Source of the DNA: Octopus sinensis
Taxonomy: Eukaryota
Assembly (NCBI RefSeq): GCF_006345805.1
Contig: NC_043004.1
Span: forward strand, 310,001-374,000
Direction of reading: 5' to 3'
DNA: 64,000 bases
In this document: piece by piece, positions 48,965 through 61,674 of the stretch
Position numbering within the stretch: the stretch's first letter is position 1
How the letters are laid out: each line of letters starts with the position of its first letter
Translations under genes and position numbers: made by a program
Notes under the pieces: model-generated
Told to the model about the DNA's origin: nothing
Databases searched by the model: none
What the model saw: the letters and a program-made list of their open reading frames with translations, nothing else

Positions 48965-50613
48965 AACAATGTAGTACTAAACATTTAAACACGAGATGGT
49001 CATGAGTGGAATGTCTCAGATTATAGATGCGCTTGATCAGGACTGACCTAGGGCTAAAACGACGACCTTTTAGAATGAGCGGCTGTGAAGTTCTCTTTTT
49101 CAACTTCCCTTCTTTGGTACTAGAGCATTTTTTATTATTCCATTTAATTTGAAACGTTAGCTGTCAACTAATAATTTCTATGGTAGATAATTTCTGAAAC
49201 CACATTAAGCTTTTAAATTAACCAAGTTATTGCTTACGTCATAAGAATTTTGAAACTTTGAGAGACACGAAAGAAATCCTGGTCGCGTGGAAGAATTACG
49301 TTAAAAAACAAAAATTGGATAGAAAAGGTCGAAAGGTGTCCGTGGCAACCGAACCGACATCTTTTGTAAACAAAGACTGACGTTCCACCAGAAGATGTGG
49401 GTTCGTATAACACAGACAGCCTTCAACTTATCCATCCAAGAGTTTTTGTTAATCCTCTATTTATATGCTGTTATTTATAGCTTTACATCCTTCGAGTTCC
49501 AAAGTTAAAAACGAATTAAACATGTTATTAATTTAAGACTCCTACAAAAATAAATTACTTTAATATATGTTTATATGGAATTAAAATTTTAAAAATAATA
49601 ATTAATAAAATAATATGCAGAAGTAAAATAAAAAAAAAATTGATTAATTAATAAAGTGTTGGTTCTCAACGTTTAAAACTAAAATTAAATAAAAGTAATT
49701 TGTGATAAGACTTGTCAAAATAAATTTACGGAGGATGGACAAAGGAGAAAAGCAGACAGCTTTAAGCAGTGAATCAAGGGAGAGAACTACGCACTGTTAC
49801 ACTGAACGGAGGAGACTTGGATTGCGTACTACTAATGTATCTGGTGGACATGTCTGAAAGGATTGGAGACAAACACTTTCCTCTATGGTCAATCTCTCAT
49901 CAACTTCTTCAAGTATCACTTGAAAAGGAAAGTGAGAGTAGAGAGGCTAGTTTTGTCAAGCGAATGTTTCAAAAAAAGATGGGTGAATGTAGCAAGGATG
50001 GCACGTATGAATGACGAAGCCACCTTGACTATGATCCTATAGACCGTAAAAATTTAAAACAGAGGGTTACCTACTTGCAAACAAATGTGGTAACATGTAA
50101 CATTATTGACTGAGGTTACCGTGGTCTTTTCCGTAGGCTTTTCTTTCCACGGATAAACCTTATCTGCTTCCCCCTTTACACTTTACATCATGACATTTCT
50201 GTGATACACGATCCCTATTGATCGTTTTTTTTTCTTTCCCTTTTGATCGAAAACCTACCTCACTTTCTTTTTTTTTTTTTTTCTCCCCTAAAAGAAAAGC
50301 TCTGTGTGCAGCCCTGTGTGGCTAATAAAGAAACATATTACAATTCTGTGGTTTACGTCCACTAACTTACCTGGGTTTTGTATACCCCGGTCAGTCAGTG
50401 ACCTCGTATAAATTTCTGTTGCAGAATATAATTTGTACCTACACAAGATGATGTAGTAGGAGCAGCTGGCAGGATTTGAACTTAGTCGTTAATCAATGAA
50501 TTTCTTTACTGCTCAGCACGTTACCGTCTGAGCCACCTTTACAGACCTCACGGTAACACCACAATAAATTGGATTCTACAATGATTCTGAAATAATAATA
50601 TTAGTAATAGTTA

Positions 50614-50775
50614 GAGGCGCAGGAGTGGCTATGTGGTAAGAAGTTTGCTTCCCAACCACATGGTTCCAGGTTCAGTCCCACTGCATGACAACATAGGCCG
50701 GTGTCTTCTACTATAGCCTTGGGCGGACCAAAGCCTTGTGAATATATTTGACAGACAGAAACTATAAGAAGCCGG

Positions 50776-50820
<45 letters not shown>

Positions 50821-51556
50821 TGTAAAGAGGTGTGTACGCAGGCGCACATCTTTGTGTTTGTATTTGTGCCCCAGCATGGCCGCAGTCTAATGACTGAAAC
50901 AAGTAAAAGATAAAAAGTATCGTAAAAGGAAAACATTCATTATTTTTTTAAAAATTCAAATAAAAAAAGCCCATTCCTCAACATTTTGGTCCAGATGGAT
51001 TTTATTTTGCTTTTCCGCGTTTGTTTCTTTTATTTTTTTTTTTTCCAAATGGTGTTCTTTATTCTTGTTAGGAAATACCTCAAAGAGAAACTGAACCAAC
51101 TGGTTCTAAAGTTCCTTGAATTCTTTGAATATTACAGACCACAACCCTGTCGTTTACTTTAACATTTTTATGTTGAGCAGAACAAAAACAAAGCACCCCA
51201 CCCCCACAAAAAAACAAAAAAAAAAAAATTAAACAGGAATGACAGATGGCTGTGTGGTAAGAGTTCTGCGTCCCAGCCATATGATTCCAGGTTCAGTTCC
51301 TCTGTTTGGTACTTTGGGAAAGTGTCTTCAACTACAGCCCTTAGTCCCAGGCTGAGCAAAACCTTATGAGTGGATTTGGCAGAGAGAAACTGAAAGAAAC
51401 CCGTCGTGTGTGTGTGGTAAGAAGTTTGCTTCCCAGCCATATGGTTCTGGGTTCACTCCCACTGTATGGCACCTTCGGCAAGTGTCTTCTACTACAGCCT
51501 CAAGCCGACCAAGGCCTTGTGAGTGAATCTGGCAGATAGAAGCTGGAAGAAGCCTG

Positions 51557-51560
<4 letters not shown>
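50614..51560 (+). mobile_element. SINE family A copies (50614-50917; tandem partial copies 51240-51560)
   Basis: A-box tggctatgtgg, B-box ggttcagtccc, family body and 3' end. Confidence 0.8.
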
Positions 51561-51588
<28 letters not shown>

Positions 51589-51928
51589 ATGTGTGTGTAT
51601 ATATCATTATCCTCATCGCTTAACGTCTGCCTTCCATGCTGGTGGGTGGGACATATATGTGTGTGTGTGTATGGTAAGACAGAACCTGTTGAGGCAGATT
51701 TTTTATGGCAGGCTGCCTTTCCTGTTGTCAACCCTCACCTTTCTCTCCAGGCAAGGTAATACTCCCCCATAGCCTGGCATATTCTTCATGGAAGTTTAGA
51801 ATCAAACAACACCTCTTGTATGACAGTGATGCTCGTTTACAATCATCACATGATGTTAAGACATGAGCAAACAGGGGCACACACGCAGATTGGGCTTCTT
51901 CCAATTTCTGTCTCTCAAATGCACACAC

Positions 51929-51964
<36 letters not shown>

Positions 51965-52437
51965 CAGCAGCAGCAGTATTGTGGCATGTGCTGTAACAGT
52001 GCATCACAGCATCCACCATTTGTTAGTGATTCCTAATTCCTGGTGGATGAAAAAATTTGGCACCAGTCAGGTAACAACCCTTCACCCCATGGGTCTGTTT
52101 GGGTAGTTGTTGCTGGTGAGGGTTTTGCAAAGTCAGAGTGCAAATCCTACCTCAGCCTCTTTTAGTTGTCCTTTATGATATGCAGAGTAAACACCGGGTC
52201 TATTTTTTGATATGTCAGTCCCCGCACAGAATCAAAGCAACGTGAAATGAAGTATTTTGCTCAAGATCAGAACACGCTGCCTGGTCAAACCCACGATCTA
52301 GAAATCATGAGTGCAACACCCGAACCAATAAGCCACGTGCCTTCACAGATGGAATTAAATATCTTACCAAAATACTCATCAGGCCTACAGTGGTTTTCAA
52401 TATAAAGAGAGGTTAACAGCTGGAGAACTTTGCATCA

Positions 52438-53866
52438 GAGGAATTCAAGACACGCTGCCCCTGGGAGCTCCTCTATGCTGATGACCTTGCTCTTGTAGCT
52501 GAATCACTACCTGAGCTAGAGAAAAAGTTCCAGATATGGAAACAAGGTCTAGAATCAAAGGGCTTTAGAGTTAACCTAGCAAAAACCAAAGTCATAGTAA
52601 GTAGAAAGGCAAACAAATCATGAATCCCCTCAGGTAGATGACCCTGCTCAATCTGTAGAAAAGGTGTAGGCAGAAACTCCATAAGGCACATACAGTGTAA
52701 ACTTTGGACAGACAAAAAGTACAGCAACATCAAAGAGAAACTAACTTTTGTATATGGAAGGTGAGAGGCATAATAAATGTGTGGAAAAATAGACTCCATC
52801 AATTACCAGGGTGGCAAGCTAGAGGTAGTAGATAGCTTCCAGTATCTAGGTGACCAGGTTAGTAGTGGAGGTGGTTGTTCCAAGAGCGTAACTGTGAGAA
52901 TAAGATTAGGCTGGGCAAAGTTCAGAGAGCGCCTACCCCTGCTGGCAACAATGGGCCTCTCTCTCAGGGTGAAAGGCAGATTGTTTGATGCCTATGTGCG
53001 AACAGCTATGCTGCATGGCAGTGAAACATGGGCTATAACAGCCAAGACCTGTGTAGGCTTGAGAGAAATGAAGCCAGTATGCTTTGCTGGATGTGCAGTG
53101 TCAGTGTGCATGTTCAACAGAGTGTAAGCATCTTGAGAGAAAAGTTAGGCATAAGAGGAATCAGATCTGATGTGCAAGAGAGACGGCTGTGCTGGTATGG
53201 TCTTGTGATGCATATGGACGAGGACAGCTATGTAAAGAAGTACCAATTTCTTACTGTGAAGAGAACCAGTGGTAGAGGTAGACCTAGGAAAATGGGACAT
53301 GACCTTCGAACTTTGAACCTCACAGTGGCAATGACTAGTAGCCGAGACCTTAGTCGATGTGCTCTGCTTAAGAGGACCTGTAAAGCTAAGTGCACCCATG
53401 CTGGTGGCACATAAAATAATCAACCTTTGAACGTTGGACCTCATGGAGGCAAAGTGGCTGAGTACCTTTTGAGCATTGGGCCTCATAGAAGCAAGGTAGC
53501 TGAGTTCCTTTTGAGCGGGCCTCACGGAGGCGAGGTGGCTGAGTTACTTTCAAGCATTGGGCCTCATGGAGGTAATGACCAAGACCTTTGGCATTATGTT
53601 GTGCTTGAGAAGACCCATCAAGCCGAGCAAAATCACAGTTGTGGCATATACCAGTGTCATGCAATTGGCACCTGTGCCAATGGCACGTAAAAGTACCCAT
53701 TACACTCTTAGTGTGGTTGGTGTTAGAAAGGACATCCAGCCATAAGAACCGTGCCAAATCAGACTGGAGTCTGGTGCAGCCTTCTAGCGTGCCAGCCCAG
53801 TCAAACCGTCCAACCCATGCCAGCACAGACAATGGACATTAAATGATGATGATGATGATGATGATG
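52438..53866 (+). mobile_element. Older 5'-truncated copy of the same RTE family (RT motif C to tail), multiple lesions
   Basis: Aligns with 44335-46155: WELLYADDLAL, KLEVVDSFQYLGDQVSSGGGC, AMLHGSETWA, RGRPRK, (GAT)n tail. Confidence 0.92.
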
Positions 53867-53980
53867 TATACTCAACCAGGGATGAGCTTAAGGTTAAAGA
53901 ACAACAACACACACACACACACACACGCACATGCACACACACACACACACACACAGAGGAAATGATATAATAACACTTAC

Positions 53981-54070
53981 GTCATAAATCACAATCTTCC
54001 GGACTTCTCCAAACTTTGAACATTCACTTTGTACATCATCCTTCAGCTCTCGCAGTAAAGAAGGGTCCTC
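53981..54070 (-). CDS. HTATSF1: HTATSF1 penultimate coding exon (90 bp, phase 0/0)
   Basis: tttcatttcag|EDPSLLRELKDDVQSECSKFGEVRKIVIYD|gtaagt; matches human DDPLVLNEIREDLRVECSKFGQIRKLLLFD as recalled and splices in frame to 42251. Confidence 0.93.
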
Positions 54071-54724
54071 CTGAAATGAAAGACATATTTCTTGTTAATG
54101 AGATGCTAAGCCTTAACCCTTCAGCATTTAAACCAGTTATATCTGGACCAATTATACAACCTTTTATGTTTTATGTTCAAACCAGCCATATCCAGCTTTT
54201 CATACTGACCCTACAATGTCATTCCAAAAAGCAATCAGATCAGTCGATCAAATAAGTGAATTCTCATGGATGTATGCGTGTGTGTTTGTCTGTATGTCTC
54301 TTTGTGTCTCCTTGTCTTGACCTCATGTGTTAGTTGTAAACAAGTTCCACCATCCTACAAGCAGTGTCATTCATTTCCAATGTTCCGTGAAAACATGTCT
54401 GGTCATGGGGAAATATTACTTCCCTTATTGATGATAAAATAATCATAAAAACGTAACAGAACCTTTAACGATAAATAATATTTCACGAAAGAATACGTAA
54501 CAAAATAACGTCTGCAATGAAATTTTGTGATGCACTACAAACCCTAACACGGAGTAGGTTTCAACTGATTGCTACAGGATAATAGGACACTGGTGAGGAT
54601 TGGTGACAGGAAGGGCATCCAGCCATGGGAAAATCAACCTCAACAAGCTGTATCTGACCCATGCAAGCATGGAAAAGTGGACATTAAAACAATAATGATG
54701 ATGATATATATATATATATATATA

Positions 54725-55335
54725 TCATCATCATCATCATCGTTTAACGTCCGCTTTCCATGCTAGCATGGGTTGAACGATTTGACTGAGGGCTGGCAAT
54801 CCAGATGGCTGCACCAGGCTCCAATCTGATCTGGCAGAGTTTCTACAGCTGGATGCCCTTCCTAACGCCAACCACTCTGAGAGTGTAGTGGGTGCTTTTG
54901 CGTACCACCAGCACGGGGCCAGTCAGGCGGTACTGGCAACGACCTCGCTCGAATCTTTTTACACATGCCACCGGCACAGGTGCCAGTAAGGCAACGCTGG
55001 TAACAATCACACTCGAACGGTGCCTTTTATGTGCCACTGGCACGGAAGCCGGTTAGCCGCTCTGTCAACGATTACACTCGTATGGTGCTCTTTGCAACCC
55101 ACTAGCACGGGTGCCATTGATCAAATTTCACTTTGATTTCACTTGCCTCAACAGGTCTTCACAAGCAGAGTTTAGTGTCCAAAGAAGGAAAAGGTACGCA
55201 TAAGTGGGCTGGTTACGCCCCTGGCGTAGGCCATGAGGTTATGGTCTCATTTGGCTTGCCGGGTCTTCTCAAGCACGGTATATTTCCAAAAGAATTGGTC
55301 ACTAGTTGATATTTCCAAAAGTCTCGGTCACTAGT
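54725..55335 (-). mobile_element. RTE 3' end (ORF end plus 3' UTR)
   Basis: Reverse complement of a (GAT)n tail, the module repeats, and gagaagaccc..cagcccacttatg as at 45302-45345. Confidence 0.85.
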
Positions 55336-55627
55336 CAGTCTCAGAGCCATACACATTTGCTAGCTTTCTTACAAAGGGGTCTAATGCTTTTCGCTTAGAC
55401 TTTTTGAGGGGCAATCAGATCAAACCATCTCAAGTGTAACTGCCCGAAATGGTCATGGCTTCTGGAACTTGAGTGATGAAAGAAAGCTAAGAATGACCTG
55501 TCTTCTTTTTGCTTGTCCTTCTAATTGTTATTTCTCTTGTCAGCCTTTGAATCGTCTTTCTGCCCAAATGCTTTAATGCCCTCTACAGCATTTTTGTTCC
55601 ATTTATATATATATGTACATACAGACA

Positions 55628-55810
55628 CAGGGTGGCCCAAAAGTAGGTGCGCAGTTATTCAACTCTCCTTCGCATTCATATATTAACAGTTTAGATCTTA
55701 ATTATAAAAATATATGAAACCATTATTAGAAATTTAAATGTAATGAAATGTTTTTAAAGAAATTTAAAGTGCCTACATGATAACTGTAAACCTACTTTTG
55801 GGTCACCCTG
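55628..55810. mobile_element. Tc1/mariner-type MITE, 183 bp
   Basis: 21-bp TIR cagggtggcccaaaagtaggt / acctacttttgggtcaccctg (1 mismatch); TA on the right flank, CA on the left. Confidence 0.85.
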
Positions 55811-56139
55811 TATATACATAAATCTCTGTCGATTCACCAGAAGTGATAAATTACAGGACTCGTTACAAATGTAGAGTATTCTTTAGTACATTACAATTAA
55901 AATGCTCCGTTTTCCAGGACTCAGAGTTCCTCGTTTCTGATCATCAGGTGGTATGCCAAGCCTGTTTTTTTTTTGTTTTTTTTTAATATTCCTTGTCTGA
56001 ATATATTTATATATGAGGAGCTTAATTTCAGAATTGGTATGAGTGCATATTTGGTCGATTTCACGATAACCATTAAAACACAATCTGCAAGCTGCTGGCT
56101 TCATGCATGTGAAATTTTTTAAAGTCAATTATATATAAT

Positions 56140-56478
56140 TATCATCGTTTAACATCCGTTTTCCATGCTGGCATGGGTTGGACAGTTTGACTGAGGTCTG
56201 GAGAGCCAGCGGCTGCACCAGGCTCCAATCTGATCTGGCAATGTTTCTATAGCTTGATGCCCTTCCCAACGCCAACCAATCTGAGAGTGTAGTGGGTGCT
56301 TTTTACATACCACTAGCACAGGAGTCAGTCACACAAGCCTGACATCGATCATATTCAGATAGTGCTTTTTACATGCCACCAGCACGGGAGCCAGTCGGGG
56401 GCACTGGCATTGGCTATGTTCAGATGGTGCTTTTTATGTACCACCAGCACAGGAGCCAGTTGGGGGCACTGGCATCGC

Positions 56479-56480
<2 letters not shown>
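56140..56480 (-). mobile_element. RTE 3' UTR fragment
   Basis: Same terminal sequence as the other RTE 3' ends. Confidence 0.8.
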
Positions 56481-56509
<29 letters not shown>

Positions 56510-56887
56510 TGAGAGACAGACAGAAAGACAGAGACAGAAAGAAGAGAGATCAGTGTGTATTGTTTGAGGACCGTTACCAGCTTCAGTCAAAGAACTCCAG
56601 CATTAATGTTAACTCTTGTTTGACATTTGGTCCAATGTTTTGACTACAAGAGAGGTGTCTGTGGGTCTGTTCCTGTTCAAAGTGAAACCAAACCACCAAC
56701 ACCAGCTGGAACACACATACCTCATTCTTGCACTTCCTCTTCATTTCATTATATTCTATTTGTTTTCCATTATTTGTGCTACCATTCTAATTCTTCAGTC
56801 TTTTACTTCCCATGTTATACTTCCACCTTTTACAGGCAACTATCTAAAAGCTTTTGTAGTTAGTTTTCTCAGTAAGCAAAATTCATG

Positions 56888-56889
<2 letters not shown>

Positions 56890-56949
<60 letters not shown>

Positions 56950-57069
56950 AATACATGTATGTGTATGTACATATATATATATATACATGTATGTGTATGT
57001 ATGTATGTATATATACATGTATGTGTATATATATATATATACATATATATATATGCATATATATACATA

Positions 57070-57103
<34 letters not shown>

Positions 57104-57235
57104 TATACATGTTTGTATATATATGCATATATATATACACACACACATATATGTGTATATATTTATATGTATGTGTATGTATATATACATGTATGTGTAT
57201 GTATATATATATATATATAAATACATACATGAATG

Positions 57236-57293
<58 letters not shown>

Positions 57294-57378
57294 CATACAG
57301 GTTTGTATGCATATACATATATATACATACATACATGAATGTATGTCTAAACATATATATATACATACAAACATGTAC

Positions 57379-57443
<65 letters not shown>

Positions 57444-57560
57444 TGTGTGTGTGTATATATATATACACAAACATGTATACATATATGTATATATATATAT
57501 ATGTGTGTATGTATGTATGTATGTATGTATGCATGTATATATGTATATATGTATGTATAT
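56890..57560. repeat. Compound (TA)/(TATG)/(CA) microsatellite, about 670 bp
   Basis: Directly visible. Confidence 0.95.
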
Positions 57561-58440
57561 GCAGTCCAACAGTTTCTTTTTTATCATCTTTATTATTTTT
57601 ATTAAGAGAAAAAAAAACAGAAAATAAAATAATTTTGCAAAAAAAAAATAGAAAGAGAAAAAAAAGGAAAGAAAAAAATCATAAGAAGAAAATAGTCAAA
57701 ACTATTTCCTAATTCTTGTTCTTTCTTTATCTTCACCTTGACATGCATAACATAAATACAACACAAAGATTCCAAAGTGCTTTAACCACCATCACATTAA
57801 AAAGAAAACAAAACAACAGCAAAAAAAAAAAGGGCAGAGGAAAAAACACTGGGAGAGAATACGATTGTCTAAATAGATTGGATCAATAAAAACTAATTGT
57901 AAGTCAATAAAATGAAGTGTTGAAAGGATTATGTCAAACATATTCTGTAAGCCATCAGAGTTAGTTCTACAATATATAACACAACTCCTGCCACCACCAC
58001 TACAGCAAGTACCGACATCATCATCATCATCACTACCTCCCACATGGACATCATCTGACATCGGAGTAAGGTTGCTTCTGTTGTTTATATTTATCTAAGA
58101 CAACAGTACTGGAGGTAGGGTCTCCGTAATCCTTCAATACTCTTTAACATCAAACGCCCATAAAATTCTAAGACAGGAAGTTTTTAGGAGTTTTTTTTTT
58201 TTATTATTTCTTATTTTTGGTTTTGCTGTCTTTTTACAAAAAAACTGTACCAGACACAGCTGGTTGGGTCGAAGAAATAACAAAATGAATACGAACACTG
58301 AAGACCGACTTTGTGTTGAAGCATTACATCAAACGTAGGTGTTGCTGTTGATGTTGTTAATCCAAAAACTTGTAATCAACCATTTGCTGAGACGTGACAT
58401 AAGTAACACATCTATTCTATAATGTAGAACAGTTTTATAC

Positions 58441-58826
58441 AGTCAGGCTTACAGAAGGGAGAGTCAGGATTGCAGAAGGGAGAGTCACGATTACAGAAGG
58501 GAGAGTCAGGATTACAGAAGGGAGAGTCACGATTACAGAAGGGAGAGTCACGATTACAGAAGGGAGAGTCACGATTACAGAAGGGAGAGTTAGGCTTACA
58601 GAAGGAAGAGTCAGGATTACAGAAGGGAGAATCAGACTTACAGAAGGGACAGTAAGGATTACAGAAGGGGGAGTCAGGATTACAGAAGGGAGAGTCAGGA
58701 TTACAGAAGGGAGAGTCAGGCTTACAGAAGGGACAGTAAGGATTACAGAAGGGAGAGTCAAGATTACAGAAGGGTGAGTCAAGATTACAGAAGGAAGAGT
58801 CAGGATTACAGAAGGGAGAGTCAGGC
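58441..58826. repeat. 21-bp minisatellite (TTACAGAAGGGAGAGTCAGGA), about 18 copies
   Basis: Directly visible periodicity. Confidence 0.95.
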
Positions 58827-58923
58827 TGGCATCGACCATGTTTGGTTGGTGCTTTTTATGTGCCATTGGCATGGGGAGCCAGTCAGGTGGCACTGGTTAG
58901 TTATATATATCATATATATATAT

Positions 58924-58958
<35 letters not shown>

Positions 58959-59040
58959 TTATATATATATATATCACATTCAAAATGTGACCGCGTGTGT
59001 ACGTTGACGAATTTTTTTTCTCTGTCTTCCCTTCTCCTAT

Positions 59041-59170
59041 GTTTCCGACGAAGAGCTCCACTCGAAATGTTAACCCTCCTTCTTTCCTTCTTTCCTGAGC
59101 GTCCAATAATACTATATTTGTTCCATGTCCTCGCGTTGTTGTGTTTTTTGTGCTTTCTTGTTTGGATTTT
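59041..59170 (+). mobile_element. Penelope-like terminal remnant with hammerhead-like motif
   Basis: gttt CCGACGA agag ctcca ctc GAAAT GTT aac, then a T-rich tail into (TA)n. Confidence 0.5.
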
Positions 59171-59174
59171 TATA

Positions 59175-59232
<58 letters not shown>

Positions 59233-59253
59233 ACACACACAAAATATATATAT

Positions 59254-59412
59254 ACACGGAGTGGTTGGCGTTAGGAAGGGCATCCAGCTGTAGAAACACT
59301 GCCAGATCTGACTGGCCTGGTGCAGCCTTCGGGCTTCTCAGACCCCAGTTGAACCGTCCAACCCATGCTAGCATGGAAAGCGGACGTTAAACGATGATGA
59401 TGATGATGATGA
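59254..59412 (+). mobile_element. Short RTE 3' terminus with (GAT)n tail
   Basis: Matches 45990-46155. Confidence 0.85.
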
Positions 59413-59829
59413 TATATATATATAAAGAAGCATTGGTTATAGAACAAGCATTAAACTTGGGTCAACGACTTTACATACAAGGCCCCACCCCTCAAACATT
59501 TAATCATATATAAAAATCACCATGGTACCCAAACACAAAAAATAATAAATATACATAAAATCACAGAAGGTAAAAATATATAATCGAATGAAATACAAAT
59601 AGAACGGCCTATCAAAAAGTTAAATATAAACGGCTAAAAATTCAAAAACTACCAAAAGATCTAATAGACAAATATAAAAGTACAGGTAAAAAAAAATTAA
59701 TAAAAATAAATATCCATCGACTAAAAAAGTTTTAACAGATGATTAAAATTTTTTTTTTAAATTCAAAAAATTCTTTTTTAATATTTGAAAAAAGTCTTTA
59801 CTTCCTATATATATATATATAATATATAA

Positions 59830-59870
<41 letters not shown>

Positions 59871-60990
59871 TTATTTATTTATTTATTTATTTATTATTAG
59901 CTTAGGTAAATATTTTATCGCATCTTTAATTTTTTTCTATAAGGTATGATTTAATTATACTATTGTTGAATTACTACATGGTGGTTCTTCTCTAATTTAT
60001 ATACATATAATATATATTGTGAAATTTGATTCAGTATTACTAAATTGAATTTTTCCCTGTAAGTTTGGAATTATATTCCTTAATATTATTATTATTATTA
60101 TTACATAGATATAGATATATATATGCATACATACATATATACATACACACATATACATACATAACACATATACACACACAAAAATGGATGTATAGATACA
60201 ACCATTATCTCATTACTTAATTAATGTCTGCTTTCCCAGCTCATAAGCATGTGGGTGATGGGTGATTGCCATCCACATGCCCTGTCTCTCTCTCTCTGTA
60301 TATATGTGTGTATGTGTGTGTGTATATATACATGTGTGTATATATACGTGTGTGTGTGTGTATTTTCTATGCTAAAACATTAGCAAAAAGTATTACAACT
60401 ACAAAACAAAGTCCATCTTGGTGGTTCAGACACATCTATTTGCTATTTAATGTAAGAGGGATGATTGAGTCAGCATCACTACCACCACCACCACCACCAC
60501 CCCCTTCCTCCATGTCATATGAGGTTACGGAAAGAGGGGGGCTTGTTTCTGGGTCTTTTGTTTTTATTATTTCATTTCACCATTTCACATTCATTCTTCC
60601 CCACCACCACCACCACTACTACTCTGCAGCCAAGCCCTAACCCTACAACCCCCACCGTCACCAGTTGTTACAGCTGCCATGGTGAAGGTTCAGTGAGTTC
60701 TATAAAAATAGGGGATCTGTGTCAAACAAATAGTCGCAGAGAAAACCAACAGAAAATACTTCAAGAACTGTTAAATGTGAAGTGGTTCTCTTGGGTTCAC
60801 AGATTGGTTTAATAACAACAACAACAACAACAACAGGGGCAGACAGGGTTAATCTGTTTCTACATTACAGGGGGTGGGGGACCTCCCCTCCCCCCCGTGC
60901 TTCCTCCCTTTTTATTTGGTACTGCTTCATTCTTTGTTGTATTTATTGAAGAGAGGGATATGGACAGAGAAAGCATGGGGGTGGGTAGAG

Positions 60991-61210
60991 TGGTGTCACA
61001 TAAAAAGCATCCGTGCTGGTGCAACATACAATACATCCAGGCTGGTGCCATGCAAAAAGTACCCATGTTGGTGCCACATTAAAAGCACTCGTGCTGGTGC
61101 CATGAACGAAGCACTCGGGCTGGTGTCGTGTAAAGAAGCACCCGTGCGGGTGTCACATAAGTAGCACCCGTGCGGGTGTCACATAAGTAGCACCTGTGCT
61201 TGTGCCATGT
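60991..61210 (+). repeat. 26-bp minisatellite (GGTGCCACRTAAAAAGCACCCGTGCT), about 8 copies
   Basis: Eight degenerate units read directly. Confidence 0.85.
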
Positions 61211-61409
61211 AGTTGAATCAATCAACCCCTGGACTTTATCTTATTCCTTTTTAAACTAGATGCTCATTCTACCGGTCTCTTTACCTGAACTGCTAAGTCA
61301 TGGAGATATAAACAAACTGAAACTGGCTGTCACGTGGTGGTGGTGGTGGTGGTGGACATACAAAGACCAAAGACATGCACGCATGCACACACACACACAC
61401 ACACACACA

Positions 61410-61562
61410 TATAATATATACCGGAGTAAGCACATAAATGTGAAACAAGGTGGAAAAAAGAGTACTCAAATACCAGAGGTAGAGTAATATGCTTTATTTA
61501 AAAGCAGCAAAAATATAACAAAAGCTGTACTCAGAGTTTCACGTTCCGTTATCAGACAGTTT
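61410..61562 (-). mobile_element. Penelope-like terminal remnant with degenerate hammerhead-like motif
   Basis: Minus strand ctgt CTGATAA cggaacgt GAAAC tc t gagt acag, then a T-rich tail toward (TA)/(CA). Confidence 0.4.
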
Positions 61563-61627
61563 TGTTAACAAAACTGTCCAACAAACGGGAACGTATGTAT
61601 GTATGTATATAATATATATAGATATAT

Positions 61628-61674
<47 letters not shown>

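Noticed and set aside
49769-50014. 81-aa plus-strand ORF
   Set aside because: No recognisable domain, antisense within the HTATSF1 intron; possibly a very old LINE remnant but not supportable
50614-50690. tRNA-like A/B boxes (also 5060-5135 and 17196-17260)
   Set aside because: These are SINE heads continuing into SINE bodies; no complete cloverleaf
56616-57712. Long overlapping ORFs of 150-240 aa (YI/CV/HT runs) and similar ORFs throughout the window
   Set aside because: Stop-free translations of dinucleotide and tetranucleotide microsatellites
57792-58061. Minus-strand ORF containing LQNMFD, considered as the next upstream HTATSF1 exon (human IKNMFHP)
   Set aside because: Surrounding residues do not match the ERVVII..DFE context and there are no suitable splice sites; the upstream exon is probably beyond 64000
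60635-60646. CCCTAACCCTA telomere-like motif
   Set aside because: Under two units in a C/A-rich background; chance occurrence
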